From positions 11,724 to 75,723 of the forward strand of contig JBDRQF010000007.1 in assembly GCA_043826435.1 (NCBI GenBank): a stretch of 64,000 nucleotides of DNA, read 5' to 3'. Under the pieces are notes generated by a model, which made no database searches, had not been told where the DNA came from, and saw nothing but the letters and a program-made list of their open reading frames with translations. The translations under genes and the position numbers were made by a program. Positions 19,488-27,520 of this stretch are shown piece after piece. How positions within the stretch are numbered: the stretch's first letter is position 1; every line of letters starts with the position of its first letter. Origin of the DNA: Elusimicrobiota bacterium. Its GTDB lineage: Bacteria > Elusimicrobiota > Endomicrobiia > CG1-02-37-114 > JAHJSO01.

Positions 19488-20322
19488 TGTAGAAACAACG
19501 GGGCTGGACCCCGGTTTCGGCGACAGAATATGCGAAATCGCCATTCTGCGCTGCACACCTGACCTTAAAATATGCGACACGTTCCGGAGTTTCGTCAACC
19601 CCGAAAGAACCATTTCACCCGGCGCGTTTCAGATAAACGGCATTACCATAGATATGGTAAATGCCGCTCCACTGTTTAAATTTCTGGCAGAAAATGTTTT
19701 GTCCCTGCTGGACAACTCGGTTGTCGTCTGTCACAACGCCCCGTTTGACCTTTCATTCCTGGAATTTGAACTCTCCAGAATAAACATCCCTATGATAAAT
19801 AACGGCGTCATTGACACGTTAAAAATCGCCAGGAAACATTTCAATTTTGTGTCAAACGGCCTCCAGAATATAGCCAGAGATCTCGGCATCAAAGTGGAAG
19901 AGAAACACCGGGCGCTGGCGGACGTCGTAACAACCAGGAAGGTACTGCAGTATTTCTGGAAGAACCTCTCAAAAGACGGGCGCCCGGGGCACCCCGGGGA
20001 CCCAACGATTTTTTGTCTTGTTGAAAAATCCCCCACCGCCTCGCTCTGCCGGAATTATGAAAAATCAGGAACGACGAACGGTTCCTCAGCGCAAAAAAGA
20101 TACCCTGCCCTGCCACCGGCGCTTGACGAGATAATTACTTCAGGCAGGATGGTCCAGATAAAATACCTTTCACGGGGTGGGGTGCTCACAAAAAGGACGG
20201 TGGAGCCGACGCAGGTATTAAGGCGCCGCGGCCATTTATACCTGATGGCTTTCTGCCATGTGCGGCAGGAAACACGCATCTTCCGCATTGACAGGATTAT
20301 TAAAATGAAGATATGCAAATAA
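19459..20322 (+). CDS. DEDDh (DnaQ-like) 3'-5' exonuclease fused to a C-terminal WYL domain
   Basis: FDVETTG, HNAPFD, HRALAD; C-terminal IKY...KRTVEP...LYLMAFCHVRQETRIFRIDRI. Confidence 0.85.
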   Translation: MTEQNITFFDVETTGLDPGFGDRICEIAILRCTPDLKICDTFRSFVNPERTISPGAFQINGITIDMVNAAPLFKFLAENVLSLLDNSVVVCHNAPFDLSFLEFELSRINIPMINNGVIDTLKIARKHFNFVSNGLQNIARDLGIKVEEKHRALADVVTTRKVLQYFWKNLSKDGRPGHPGDPTIFCLVEKSPTASLCRNYEKSGTTNGSSAQKRYPALPPALDEIITSGRMVQIKYLSRGGVLTKRTVEPTQVLRRRGHLYLMAFCHVRQETRIFRIDRIIKMKICK

Positions 20323-20380
20323 TAAACTCATTCTATGAGCGTGCGTTAACCCACTATGGCGTTCACACCCTTTTGGTTTT

Positions 20381-21838
20381 TCAGGCCTTCCATTTATTTA
20401 TCATACTGAATTTCATATTCTGCAGGTTTTTCGTGATGCTTACCTTGTACACGTGCGGGTTCAGTAACCTCTTATAGGTCGGATGCAACGTTTTCAGGTT
20501 GGAGAGCGTCTTTGACTGAATCCCGGGTAGCGACGGGAATTCGTAATTTATTTTCCCGCCCCTCACAACGTTCCTCAGCAGCGCCCTCGTCCGCCCGTAA
20601 CCGCTTACCCTGACGCTCTTGTACGTATAGTCGGGATGAAAAAGCGCCATTGTTGATTTAGCCCGCGACTTCCCCGTAATTGCGGTCTTTTCTTTTTCCA
20701 GAAATATCAGGTCAGCAAGCATGAATTTGTCCCTGCCATAAATACGTAGGACGTTTTTTACGCCCGGGTTTGTGGTCTTTCCGGGATTGTCGGACACCTT
20801 TATGCACGGGACAAACCTCTTCCCAGGTTTTCTTGCCACAAGTTTATAAACCCCCGTAAGGGCGGAATCCCCCTTTGCCGTGACAAGGTTCGTGCCGACG
20901 CCAAACGAGTCAATGGGTGATTTTTTATTTATCAGTTGTTCAATCGTGTATTCGTCAAGTTCGTTTGATACGACGATCTTCGCCTCTCTCAGGTTTGCGG
21001 AGTCAAGCATTGCCCTCGCCTGTTTGCTGATGTATTCCAGGTCGCCGCTGTCAAGACGAATGCCGAAGTTTTTTATCCCCCTGTGTTTAAGTTTCCTGAA
21101 TACCTTTATTGCGGCGGGGATGCCCGACTTCAGCGTGCTGTAAGTATCCACGAGAAGTATCGTGTTTTCAGGATACAACCGGGCGAAGTTTTCAAAGGCG
21201 TCCGATTCGGATTCAAACGACATAACCCAAGAGTGCGCCATCGTGCCTTTCGGCGGGATGTTAAACGTTTTGGCAGCCATGACGTTTGAGGTCGCCTCCG
21301 CCCCGCCGATGAAAGCCGCCCTTGAAGCGGACATCGCTCCGTCGGGTCCCTGCGCCCTCCTTAACCCGAACTCAATTATGCGCCTTCCCTTCGCCGCCTC
21401 CCTTATCCTTGCCGTCTTCGTAGCGACGAGTGTTTGATAATTGGTGATATTCAACAGGATGCTCTCTAATAACTGGGCTTCAATGATACCGGAATGGACT
21501 CTTACCAGCGGCTCGTTCGGAAAAACCAGTTCCCCCTCTTCCACGGAATATAAATCCCCGGTAAATCTGAATTTTGACAGGTACTTCAGGAACTCCGGCT
21601 TAAACAGGCCCAAAGTATCCAGATAACCCAGGTGGTCGTCGGTAAACCTAAAATTCAGTATTGAGTTCACGAGCGGCTCAAGGCCAGCAAACACTGCATA
21701 GCCCCCATTAAACGGCGTTCGCCTGAAAAACATGTCAAACACCACGGGGACGTTCTTATGACAGAGATAGTAGCCCTGCATCATTGTCAGTTCGTATAAA
21801 TCGGTAAGCAAAACGGGGTTGTCTTTTTTATCGTTCAT
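20381..21838 (-). CDS. pncB: Nicotinate phosphoribosyltransferase
   Basis: LLTDLYELTM, EFGLRRAQG, GTMAHSW, LVDTY, IRLDSGD. Confidence 0.95.
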   Translation of the reverse strand: MNDKKDNPVLLTDLYELTMMQGYYLCHKNVPVVFDMFFRRTPFNGGYAVFAGLEPLVNSILNFRFTDDHLGYLDTLGLFKPEFLKYLSKFRFTGDLYSVEEGELVFPNEPLVRVHSGIIEAQLLESILLNITNYQTLVATKTARIREAAKGRRIIEFGLRRAQGPDGAMSASRAAFIGGAEATSNVMAAKTFNIPPKGTMAHSWVMSFESESDAFENFARLYPENTILLVDTYSTLKSGIPAAIKVFRKLKHRGIKNFGIRLDSGDLEYISKQARAMLDSANLREAKIVVSNELDEYTIEQLINKKSPIDSFGVGTNLVTAKGDSALTGVYKLVARKPGKRFVPCIKVSDNPGKTTNPGVKNVLRIYGRDKFMLADLIFLEKEKTAITGKSRAKSTMALFHPDYTYKSVRVSGYGRTRALLRNVVRGGKINYEFPSLPGIQSKTLSNLKTLHPTYKRLLNPHVYKVSITKNLQNMKFSMINKWKA

Positions 21839-21874
21839 TAACTCCTCTTGCAGGCGTGCGGGATAACGTAAGCG

Positions 21875-22333
21875 TTAAAGTTTCTTTATCAATGGGATTT
21901 CCTTGCAATTGGGGAAATATACGCACCTCACGCATTCAATCCATATTTTGTGCGGAAGTTTTTCTCTCGTGGTCTCCTTGAATTTATTCTTCCTGAAGAA
22001 CGACGGGATAAAAGTCAGGGCGAACAACCGTTTCACCCCCAGTTGCCTCGCCTCTTTCTCGCTCTCTTTCAGGAGTAAAGTACCGTAGCCCTTCCTTGCA
22101 TACCTTGGGCTAACCGCCAGCGATTTAATCTCAGCAAGGTCCTCCCATGTAACGTGGAGGGCGCAGCACCCGATTATCCTCTTGTTTTTCTCAATGACAA
22201 AAAACCCCTGGATGTTCTCGTAAATCTCGCTCAATGACCTCGCAAGCATAAGCCGTTTATTGGCGTAGTAATGAATCAGTTTGTAAATATCCTGGGCATC
22301 TGAAATTCTGGCTTTTCTCATGTTTACCCCCAT
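21875..22333 (-). CDS. Short amino-acid N-acetyltransferase (ArgA-like GNAT)
   Basis: MLARSLSEIYENI, LAEIKSLAV, LPHKIWIECVRC; the longer N-terminus in the ORF track is repeat-derived. Confidence 0.8.
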   Translation of the reverse strand: MGVNMRKARISDAQDIYKLIHYYANKRLMLARSLSEIYENIQGFFVIEKNKRIIGCCALHVTWEDLAEIKSLAVSPRYARKGYGTLLLKESEKEARQLGVKRLFALTFIPSFFRKNKFKETTREKLPHKIWIECVRCVYFPNCKEIPLIKKL

Positions 22334-22371
22334 CAGTCCCCCCCATCTATAAACAGATTGGGGAACCCAAC

Positions 22372-22504
22372 TGTCATTGCGAGGGGCGAAGCCCCGAAGC
22401 AATCCCCTTTTACCGACGAGATTGCCACGCCCTTCGGGCTCGCAATGACAATCCAATTGGTATTCAAATGATGTGTCATTGCGAGGCGCAGCCGTGGCAA
22501 TCTC
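22372..22504. repeat. GTCATTGCGAG-type palindromic repeat: full unit plus half unit
   Basis: TGTCATTGCGAG...GCAATC...GAGATTGC...CTCGCAATGACA at 22372-22450; half unit at 22474-22504. Confidence 0.85.
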
Positions 22505-23084
22505 ATTCCCCTGCACCCGCAGCCACCATCCCCTCCTTAAACGCTTTAAGGTTGAGTTGGATTACGGCGGGCGGCGTCTTTGAGAAAAATTTCTTTATTG
22601 ACTCAACCGCGCTGTTTTCCGATATAATATTTTTGAGTTTCGTATAGGCGCCCAGCATCACGACGTTGGCGCACCTGAGGTCGCCTACCCTCCGGGCTAT
22701 TTCCGACGCAGGGATGCCGATGGTTTTATTTTTGCCCTGCCCGGCGCCATTCTTCTGTCCCGTGTGGATATCAACGAGGGATGAATTGACGATAAGCATC
22801 CCGTCCGGCGCCAGTCTTGACAGGAACTTCGCATAAGAAGGGGCATTCATTATTATCATCGTTTTATACAGGGAGACCACCGGCGACCCGATTTCCCTAT
22901 CTGAAATTATAACGGCGCAGTTCGCCGTACCACCCCTTATCTCCGCTCCGTAACTCGGGTAGTAGGTAACGAATTTTTCTTCCTCAACCGCCGACTGGAC
23001 AAGGAGTTTCCCGAAAGCGAGCACCCCCTGTCCGCCTGCGCCCGCAGCGAATATTTCATCCTGTATTTGAGAAGTCATACTCAA
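22503..23084 (-). CDS. 2-oxoacid:ferredoxin oxidoreductase gamma subunit
   Basis: AGAGGQG, PSYGAEIRGG, NVVMLGA. Confidence 0.9.
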   Translation of the reverse strand: MSMTSQIQDEIFAAGAGGQGVLAFGKLLVQSAVEEEKFVTYYPSYGAEIRGGTANCAVIISDREIGSPVVSLYKTMIIMNAPSYAKFLSRLAPDGMLIVNSSLVDIHTGQKNGAGQGKNKTIGIPASEIARRVGDLRCANVVMLGAYTKLKNIISENSAVESIKKFFSKTPPAVIQLNLKAFKEGMVAAGAGE

Positions 23085-23122
23085 CCGCCTTTTATTCCGG
23101 TTATTCCGGCAATTTTATTATG

Positions 23123-23866
23123 CTATTTTATTATGCCCAGCGGGAACGTCTTTGTCATTACCTCGTCCACCCATTTGCATGCTTCAAGAGGCGTCATCTC
23201 CCAGTCAACCGGACACATTGACAGTACTTCAACGAGGGCGAACCCCTTTTTTTCAACCTGGCATTCAAACGCCTTTTTAACCGCCTTCTTCGTTTTCGCA
23301 ACGTTCGCTGGATTGCTCACACTGCATCTCGCCAGAAACTTCACGCCTTCAAGAGGGGCGAGCATCTCACACACCTTCAGCGGGTAGCCATCGGCGTCTA
23401 TCTTTCTGCCGTAAGGCGTTGTAGTTGTCTTCTGTCCGAGCAGGGTGGTCGGCGCCATCTGGCCGCCCGTCATCCCGTAAGTAGCATTGTTCACGAAAAT
23501 TACCGTGATGTTTTCGCCCCTGTTAGCAGAATGGACTATCTCCGCAGTGCCTATCGCAGCCAGGTCGCCGTCTCCCTGGTAGGTAAAGACAATCCTGTCG
23601 GGAAGCACCCGCTTTATGCCGGTCGCCACCGCAGGGGGCCTGCCGTGCGCCGCCTCGGTAACGTCAAAATTCCAGTAGTCGTAGGCGAACACGGCGCAAC
23701 CGACGGGAGCGATGCCGACTGTTTTCTCCCTTACGCCGAGTTCTTCAATAACCTCGGCTACAATACGGTGAATTATGCCGTGCCCGCACCCGGAACAATA
23801 AAGGTGCCTTGCCGGCTTTAGTGTTGACGGCGGCTCAAACTTATATAATTTTTTTGAGATGTTCAT
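23123..23866 (-). CDS. 2-oxoacid:ferredoxin oxidoreductase beta (TPP-binding) subunit
   Basis: [12 protein letters not shown]...[11 protein letters not shown]. Confidence 0.92.
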   Translation of the reverse strand: MNISKKLYKFEPPSTLKPARHLYCSGCGHGIIHRIVAEVIEELGVREKTVGIAPVGCAVFAYDYWNFDVTEAAHGRPPAVATGIKRVLPDRIVFTYQGDGDLAAIGTAEIVHSANRGENITVIFVNNATYGMTGGQMAPTTLLGQKTTTTPYGRKIDADGYPLKVCEMLAPLEGVKFLARCSVSNPANVAKTKKAVKKAFECQVEKKGFALVEVLSMCPVDWEMTPLEACKWVDEVMTKTFPLGIIK

Positions 23867-24938
23867 AAATTTCTTCCGGGGTGAAAATCCCGCCGCCGGG
23901 CCTTCCTATAAATTCCACGGGGACAAGTCCGCCGGAAGCAAGCCGGACATCCTCCACCATCTGCCCCATGTTCATTTCCGCGACCAGTATCTTTTTGATT
24001 TTTTGCGTGATGGAAAAAATTTCTTTTTCGGGGAAGGGCCACAGGGTTATGGGCCTTATAATCCCCGCCCTTATGCCTGCGTCCCGGGCGATGTCCACTG
24101 CCGATTTGGCTACCCTTGCTGCTATGCCGAAAGCAACGATTGCCACTTCAGCGTCATCCATTCTGTCCAAATCAACCAGGACTTCATTCTCCCTGATATT
24201 CTGATATTTCCGGGCAAGTTTATAATTGTGTTTTTCAAGGGCGCCCTCTTCCATAATAAGCGACCTGATTTTTCTGGGCTCCCTGCCTTTACACCCGTCC
24301 AGCACCCAGTCGGGTAGATATTTTTCTTGCCCGGCAGCCGAATCCCCGGCAGCCGAATCATATGATTTCAACTCCACCGGCTCCATCATCTGTCCCGTGT
24401 AACCGTCGGAAAGAATCATCACGGGGTTCCTGTATTTCTCCGCAAGTTTGAATGACACAAGGGCGAAATCATACATCTCCTGGACGCCCGCTGGGGCTAA
24501 CGTTATCATCCGGTAGTCGCCGTGTCCCCCGCCCTTTACCGACTGAAAATAGTCCGCCTGTGAGCCGGCTATATTCCCCAGCCCCGGCCCGCCCCTCTGG
24601 ATATTGGCGATAACGCACGGCAGTTCGCACCCGCACAGGTATGAAATCGTCTCCTGCATTAAACTTATCCCCGGGGATGATGACGAGGTCATCGCCCTCT
24701 TGCCGGCAAGGGCTGAACCGAACACCATGTTTATGGCGGACAGTTCGCTCTCCGACTGAAGAAATATTCTGCCTAACTCCGGCATTTTTTTTGACATGTA
24801 GGAGGCAACTTCGTTTTGCGGGGTTATGGGATAGCCGTAGTAGGCGTCACACCCGCCTGCAATTGCTCCCTCGCACAGAGCTATATTTCCCTGCATCGGC
24901 ACTTTCCTGTTTTTATTTGATTTATCGTTGGCCTTCAT
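23841..24938 (-). CDS. 2-oxoacid:ferredoxin oxidoreductase alpha subunit (VorB-like)
   Basis: [27 protein letters not shown]. Confidence 0.92.
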   Translation of the reverse strand: MKANDKSNKNRKVPMQGNIALCEGAIAGGCDAYYGYPITPQNEVASYMSKKMPELGRIFLQSESELSAINMVFGSALAGKRAMTSSSSPGISLMQETISYLCGCELPCVIANIQRGGPGLGNIAGSQADYFQSVKGGGHGDYRMITLAPAGVQEMYDFALVSFKLAEKYRNPVMILSDGYTGQMMEPVELKSYDSAAGDSAAGQEKYLPDWVLDGCKGREPRKIRSLIMEEGALEKHNYKLARKYQNIRENEVLVDLDRMDDAEVAIVAFGIAARVAKSAVDIARDAGIRAGIIRPITLWPFPEKEIFSITQKIKKILVAEMNMGQMVEDVRLASGGLVPVEFIGRPGGGIFTPEEIYEHLKKII

Positions 24939-24998
24939 AACCTTTTACTTTGGGTCGCGTCTCATCCGCGGACTTTTATTCCGTCCGCCGCCTGTTCG

Positions 24999-25241
24999 CT
25001 AGCCGCCTGAGTGCTTCTCCGACTGCGCCATAATTTTTACGGCATAGTCGGGGCACATTAGATAGCATATCCCACAGGAGTTGCACCCTTCCGGCGCCGA
25101 CAGAACCGCAAATTTATTCCCTGCACTGTTAAACCCCGCTGATATTGACAGGCATTTCCTCGGGCAGTAAAAAACGCACAGTTCACACCCTTTGCATTTC
25201 TCTATATCAAACAACACAGGCCCGTTCTCTGTCTTGGCCAT
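24999..25241 (-). CDS. 2[4Fe-4S] ferredoxin (delta subunit)
   Basis: Two CxxCxxCxxxCP motifs; first gene of the operon. Confidence 0.92.
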   Translation of the reverse strand: MAKTENGPVLFDIEKCKGCELCVFYCPRKCLSISAGFNSAGNKFAVLSAPEGCNSCGICYLMCPDYAVKIMAQSEKHSGG

Positions 25242-25301
25242 ATTAAGTTATGTTCCTTCCCTTCAAAATTTTCTTTTTCATAAAACCAAATCTCCAAACT
25301 T

Positions 25302-25396
25302 ATTCTACCAAAAAATAAGAACAATTTCAAGCCAGCCAAGGATTCTGCCGGCCAAGTCCACTGCCGTTTGATTTTTGTCCGGAAATTTGGTATAAT
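25302..25396. promoter_or_regulatory. Divergent sigma70 promoters
   Basis: Minus: TTGAAA-17-TAGAAT (25330-25302). Plus: TTGATT-17-TATAAT (25368-25396). Confidence 0.55.
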
Positions 25397-25404
25397 TTTT
25401 TTGG

Positions 25405-26472
25405 ATGGCGACGATAATACTTCTGATTTTACTCTTTCACTCCTTTCTTGCGCCTGCGATAGCGGCTCAGGAGGGTGCCGAAACTGCCCCTCAGTGGAGG
25501 GTTCAGGAAATCCCGGGCGACTCCGGTTTAATCCCTCCGCCGGTTTATCTTTGCGCCCTGCCGAACATAAACGACTACCCTATATTCGGCAACGCGGGGT
25601 GGGACGGCAACTGGTATGTCGGCTACAATCTCTGCTGGATAGAGAAACTGCCCCCCGCTCCGCCACGAAACTTCCGCAGCTCTTTCGTCGGTGTAAAATT
25701 AGGCAGGGCGAAGACGCACCCTGCGTCAGGCAAACCCTCATGGGAAAAGGAACCGATACCCGGCAACATATACATCGCAATATCATCAACCCCTGCATGG
25801 AAATCCGTACAGAGGTTTCACCTTGTTTCCACGGAAGACATTCCGCTGGAAGGGGACATGGAAAACGCCCTTGAGGGCGTCGGTGAAGCCCGGTGGTTCT
25901 GGGCCGAGGTCCCCATGGACATGATAAACTTTGAAGGCCCGAATTTTATCTCCGTGTGGTCGCCGGCAAGTTATTTTATATCAAGGGATTCTGCGCCGAT
26001 ACTGTGCGGCGGCTGGGGGGCAAAGGGCGTGGAAGTGAACACATGGCTCAATGACGAAATTCAGGGCGCTCCGCCGATAAACCCGGACAACTCCCTGAAA
26101 ACGCCGATATCCGTATTTGAGCCGGCTATCGCCATAAAACTCATTCCTGAGGAAACAACCCGGGAAATAAGGGTTTTTATAAACTCTGTCCGCGAGGGGA
26201 AACCCGGCGCCGGCACAAAGGTTATTGATTCGTCGGTGCAGGGCTACCAGATAGACAGGGCATGGCTTGAGGTTGCAACGGTGACAACAACATACAGGAA
26301 AATAGGGAGGTACTTGTATAACCCTCCATATACCTTCACGCTGAATCCGCAGTCGTTGCCGCGCGGGAACATTTTTATCCGCGTTGCTGCCGAAGACGAG
26401 TGGGCGAACAAGGGCAACAGCGCCCCTTTTGAAATGATAGTTGAGGCAGGCATTGAGAAAAAGGCGAGATGA
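25405..26472 (+). CDS. Secreted hypothetical protein
   Basis: Signal peptide ending near AIAA; Trp/Pro-rich; no family recognised. Confidence 0.75.
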   Translation: MATIILLILLFHSFLAPAIAAQEGAETAPQWRVQEIPGDSGLIPPPVYLCALPNINDYPIFGNAGWDGNWYVGYNLCWIEKLPPAPPRNFRSSFVGVKLGRAKTHPASGKPSWEKEPIPGNIYIAISSTPAWKSVQRFHLVSTEDIPLEGDMENALEGVGEARWFWAEVPMDMINFEGPNFISVWSPASYFISRDSAPILCGGWGAKGVEVNTWLNDEIQGAPPINPDNSLKTPISVFEPAIAIKLIPEETTREIRVFINSVREGKPGAGTKVIDSSVQGYQIDRAWLEVATVTTTYRKIGRYLYNPPYTFTLNPQSLPRGNIFIRVAAEDEWANKGNSAPFEMIVEAGIEKKAR

Positions 26473-27001
26473 CTCCCGTCAATTTTATGTAAAGAAGAGA
26501 AATTATCGTTTTGGAATCCATTATCTTTCCGCTCCTGACCCACTCAACCGCCGTATCAAAAGGTATTATTATCCTGTCGATAAACTCGTCCTTGTCCGGT
26601 TTTGTTTCAACCGGGGTCAGGTCGCGGGCGATATAAATGTGGACTACCTCCGTTGAAAATGCCGGCGTGGGCCAGTATGATATGAACCTTTTGACGCTCC
26701 CTGCAGCAAACCCCGTCTCTTCTGCGAGTTCCCTGCGGACGCAATCAGTAAGCCCCTCTTTACGGTCAAGTTTGCCTGCGGGTATCTCGTAGGTGATTTT
26801 TCTGACGGGATACCTGTATTGCCGGACAAGCACGATGTTGTTCTCGTCAACAAACGGCACGACAGCCACCGCGTTCGGGTGATGGGTGAACTCCCTTTTC
26901 GCCTTATTGCCGTCGGGCAACAGCACGGTATCAACAAAAAAATCCAGAGCTTTCCCCGTGTAGAGTTTGTTTTTCCTGTATGGCTTTTCTATGAATTTCA
27001 T
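26375..27001 (-). CDS. NUDIX hydrolase (ADP-ribose pyrophosphatase-like)
   Basis: VRQYRYP, EIPAGK...RRELAEETG, DKDEFI, DSKTI. Confidence 0.9.
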   Translation of the reverse strand: MKFIEKPYRKNKLYTGKALDFFVDTVLLPDGNKAKREFTHHPNAVAVVPFVDENNIVLVRQYRYPVRKITYEIPAGKLDRKEGLTDCVRRELAEETGFAAGSVKRFISYWPTPAFSTEVVHIYIARDLTPVETKPDKDEFIDRIIIPFDTAVEWVRSGKIMDSKTIISLLYIKLTGVISPFSQCLPQLSFQKGRCCPCSPTRLRQQRG

Positions 27002-27034
27002 TATAAGTGACGCACATGGGACTGCGTTCGTGCG

Positions 27035-27466
27035 CTAAACGTCAAATATTATTTTCGTGGTGTATGAGCCATCTTTCCGCCGTTTTATCTTTATGTCGTG
27101 GTAAGTCGCCGCCTTGATCTCAAAATTCAGTTTGTGTTTTGCCGGGTCTATTTTTTCTCCCGATGCCTCCGCCGACATAAAATATTTTCCCGCCTTTTCT
27201 CCCATCCGCTTCACCCTGAACAGGATGAACAGGAATTTGTCCGCACTGAAACGGTAAACGAGTTCGTTCAGAAAATTTATCAAGAGTGATTCGTAATCAA
27301 CGCCTTCCGTTTTTATGCGGTATGTTTTCTTCGGCCTGACACCGTCGACGCCGTCCAGCATGATGCTGAGCATTCCCGTTGCAGCGTTTTCAAAAAGACC
27401 GGCGAGCGTTCCGCCAAAAACCTGCAGGCCAATGTCTGCCGTATGTTCAATTATTTTGAATTTCAT
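27035..27466 (-). CDS. Archease
   Basis: EHTADIG, EIKAATYH, C-terminal IFDV. Confidence 0.9.
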   Translation of the reverse strand: MKFKIIEHTADIGLQVFGGTLAGLFENAATGMLSIMLDGVDGVRPKKTYRIKTEGVDYESLLINFLNELVYRFSADKFLFILFRVKRMGEKAGKYFMSAEASGEKIDPAKHKLNFEIKAATYHDIKIKRRKDGSYTTKIIFDV

Positions 27467-27520
27467 GAAAGAGGCCGGCCACACGCCCGGACGGACACCG
27501 CCACGGGGTTAGTTACCCCT

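Noticed and set aside
22334..22516. N-terminal extension of the ArgA-like acetyltransferase
   Set aside because: It is a translation of the palindromic repeat; RBS-like G-runs precede the downstream ATGs.
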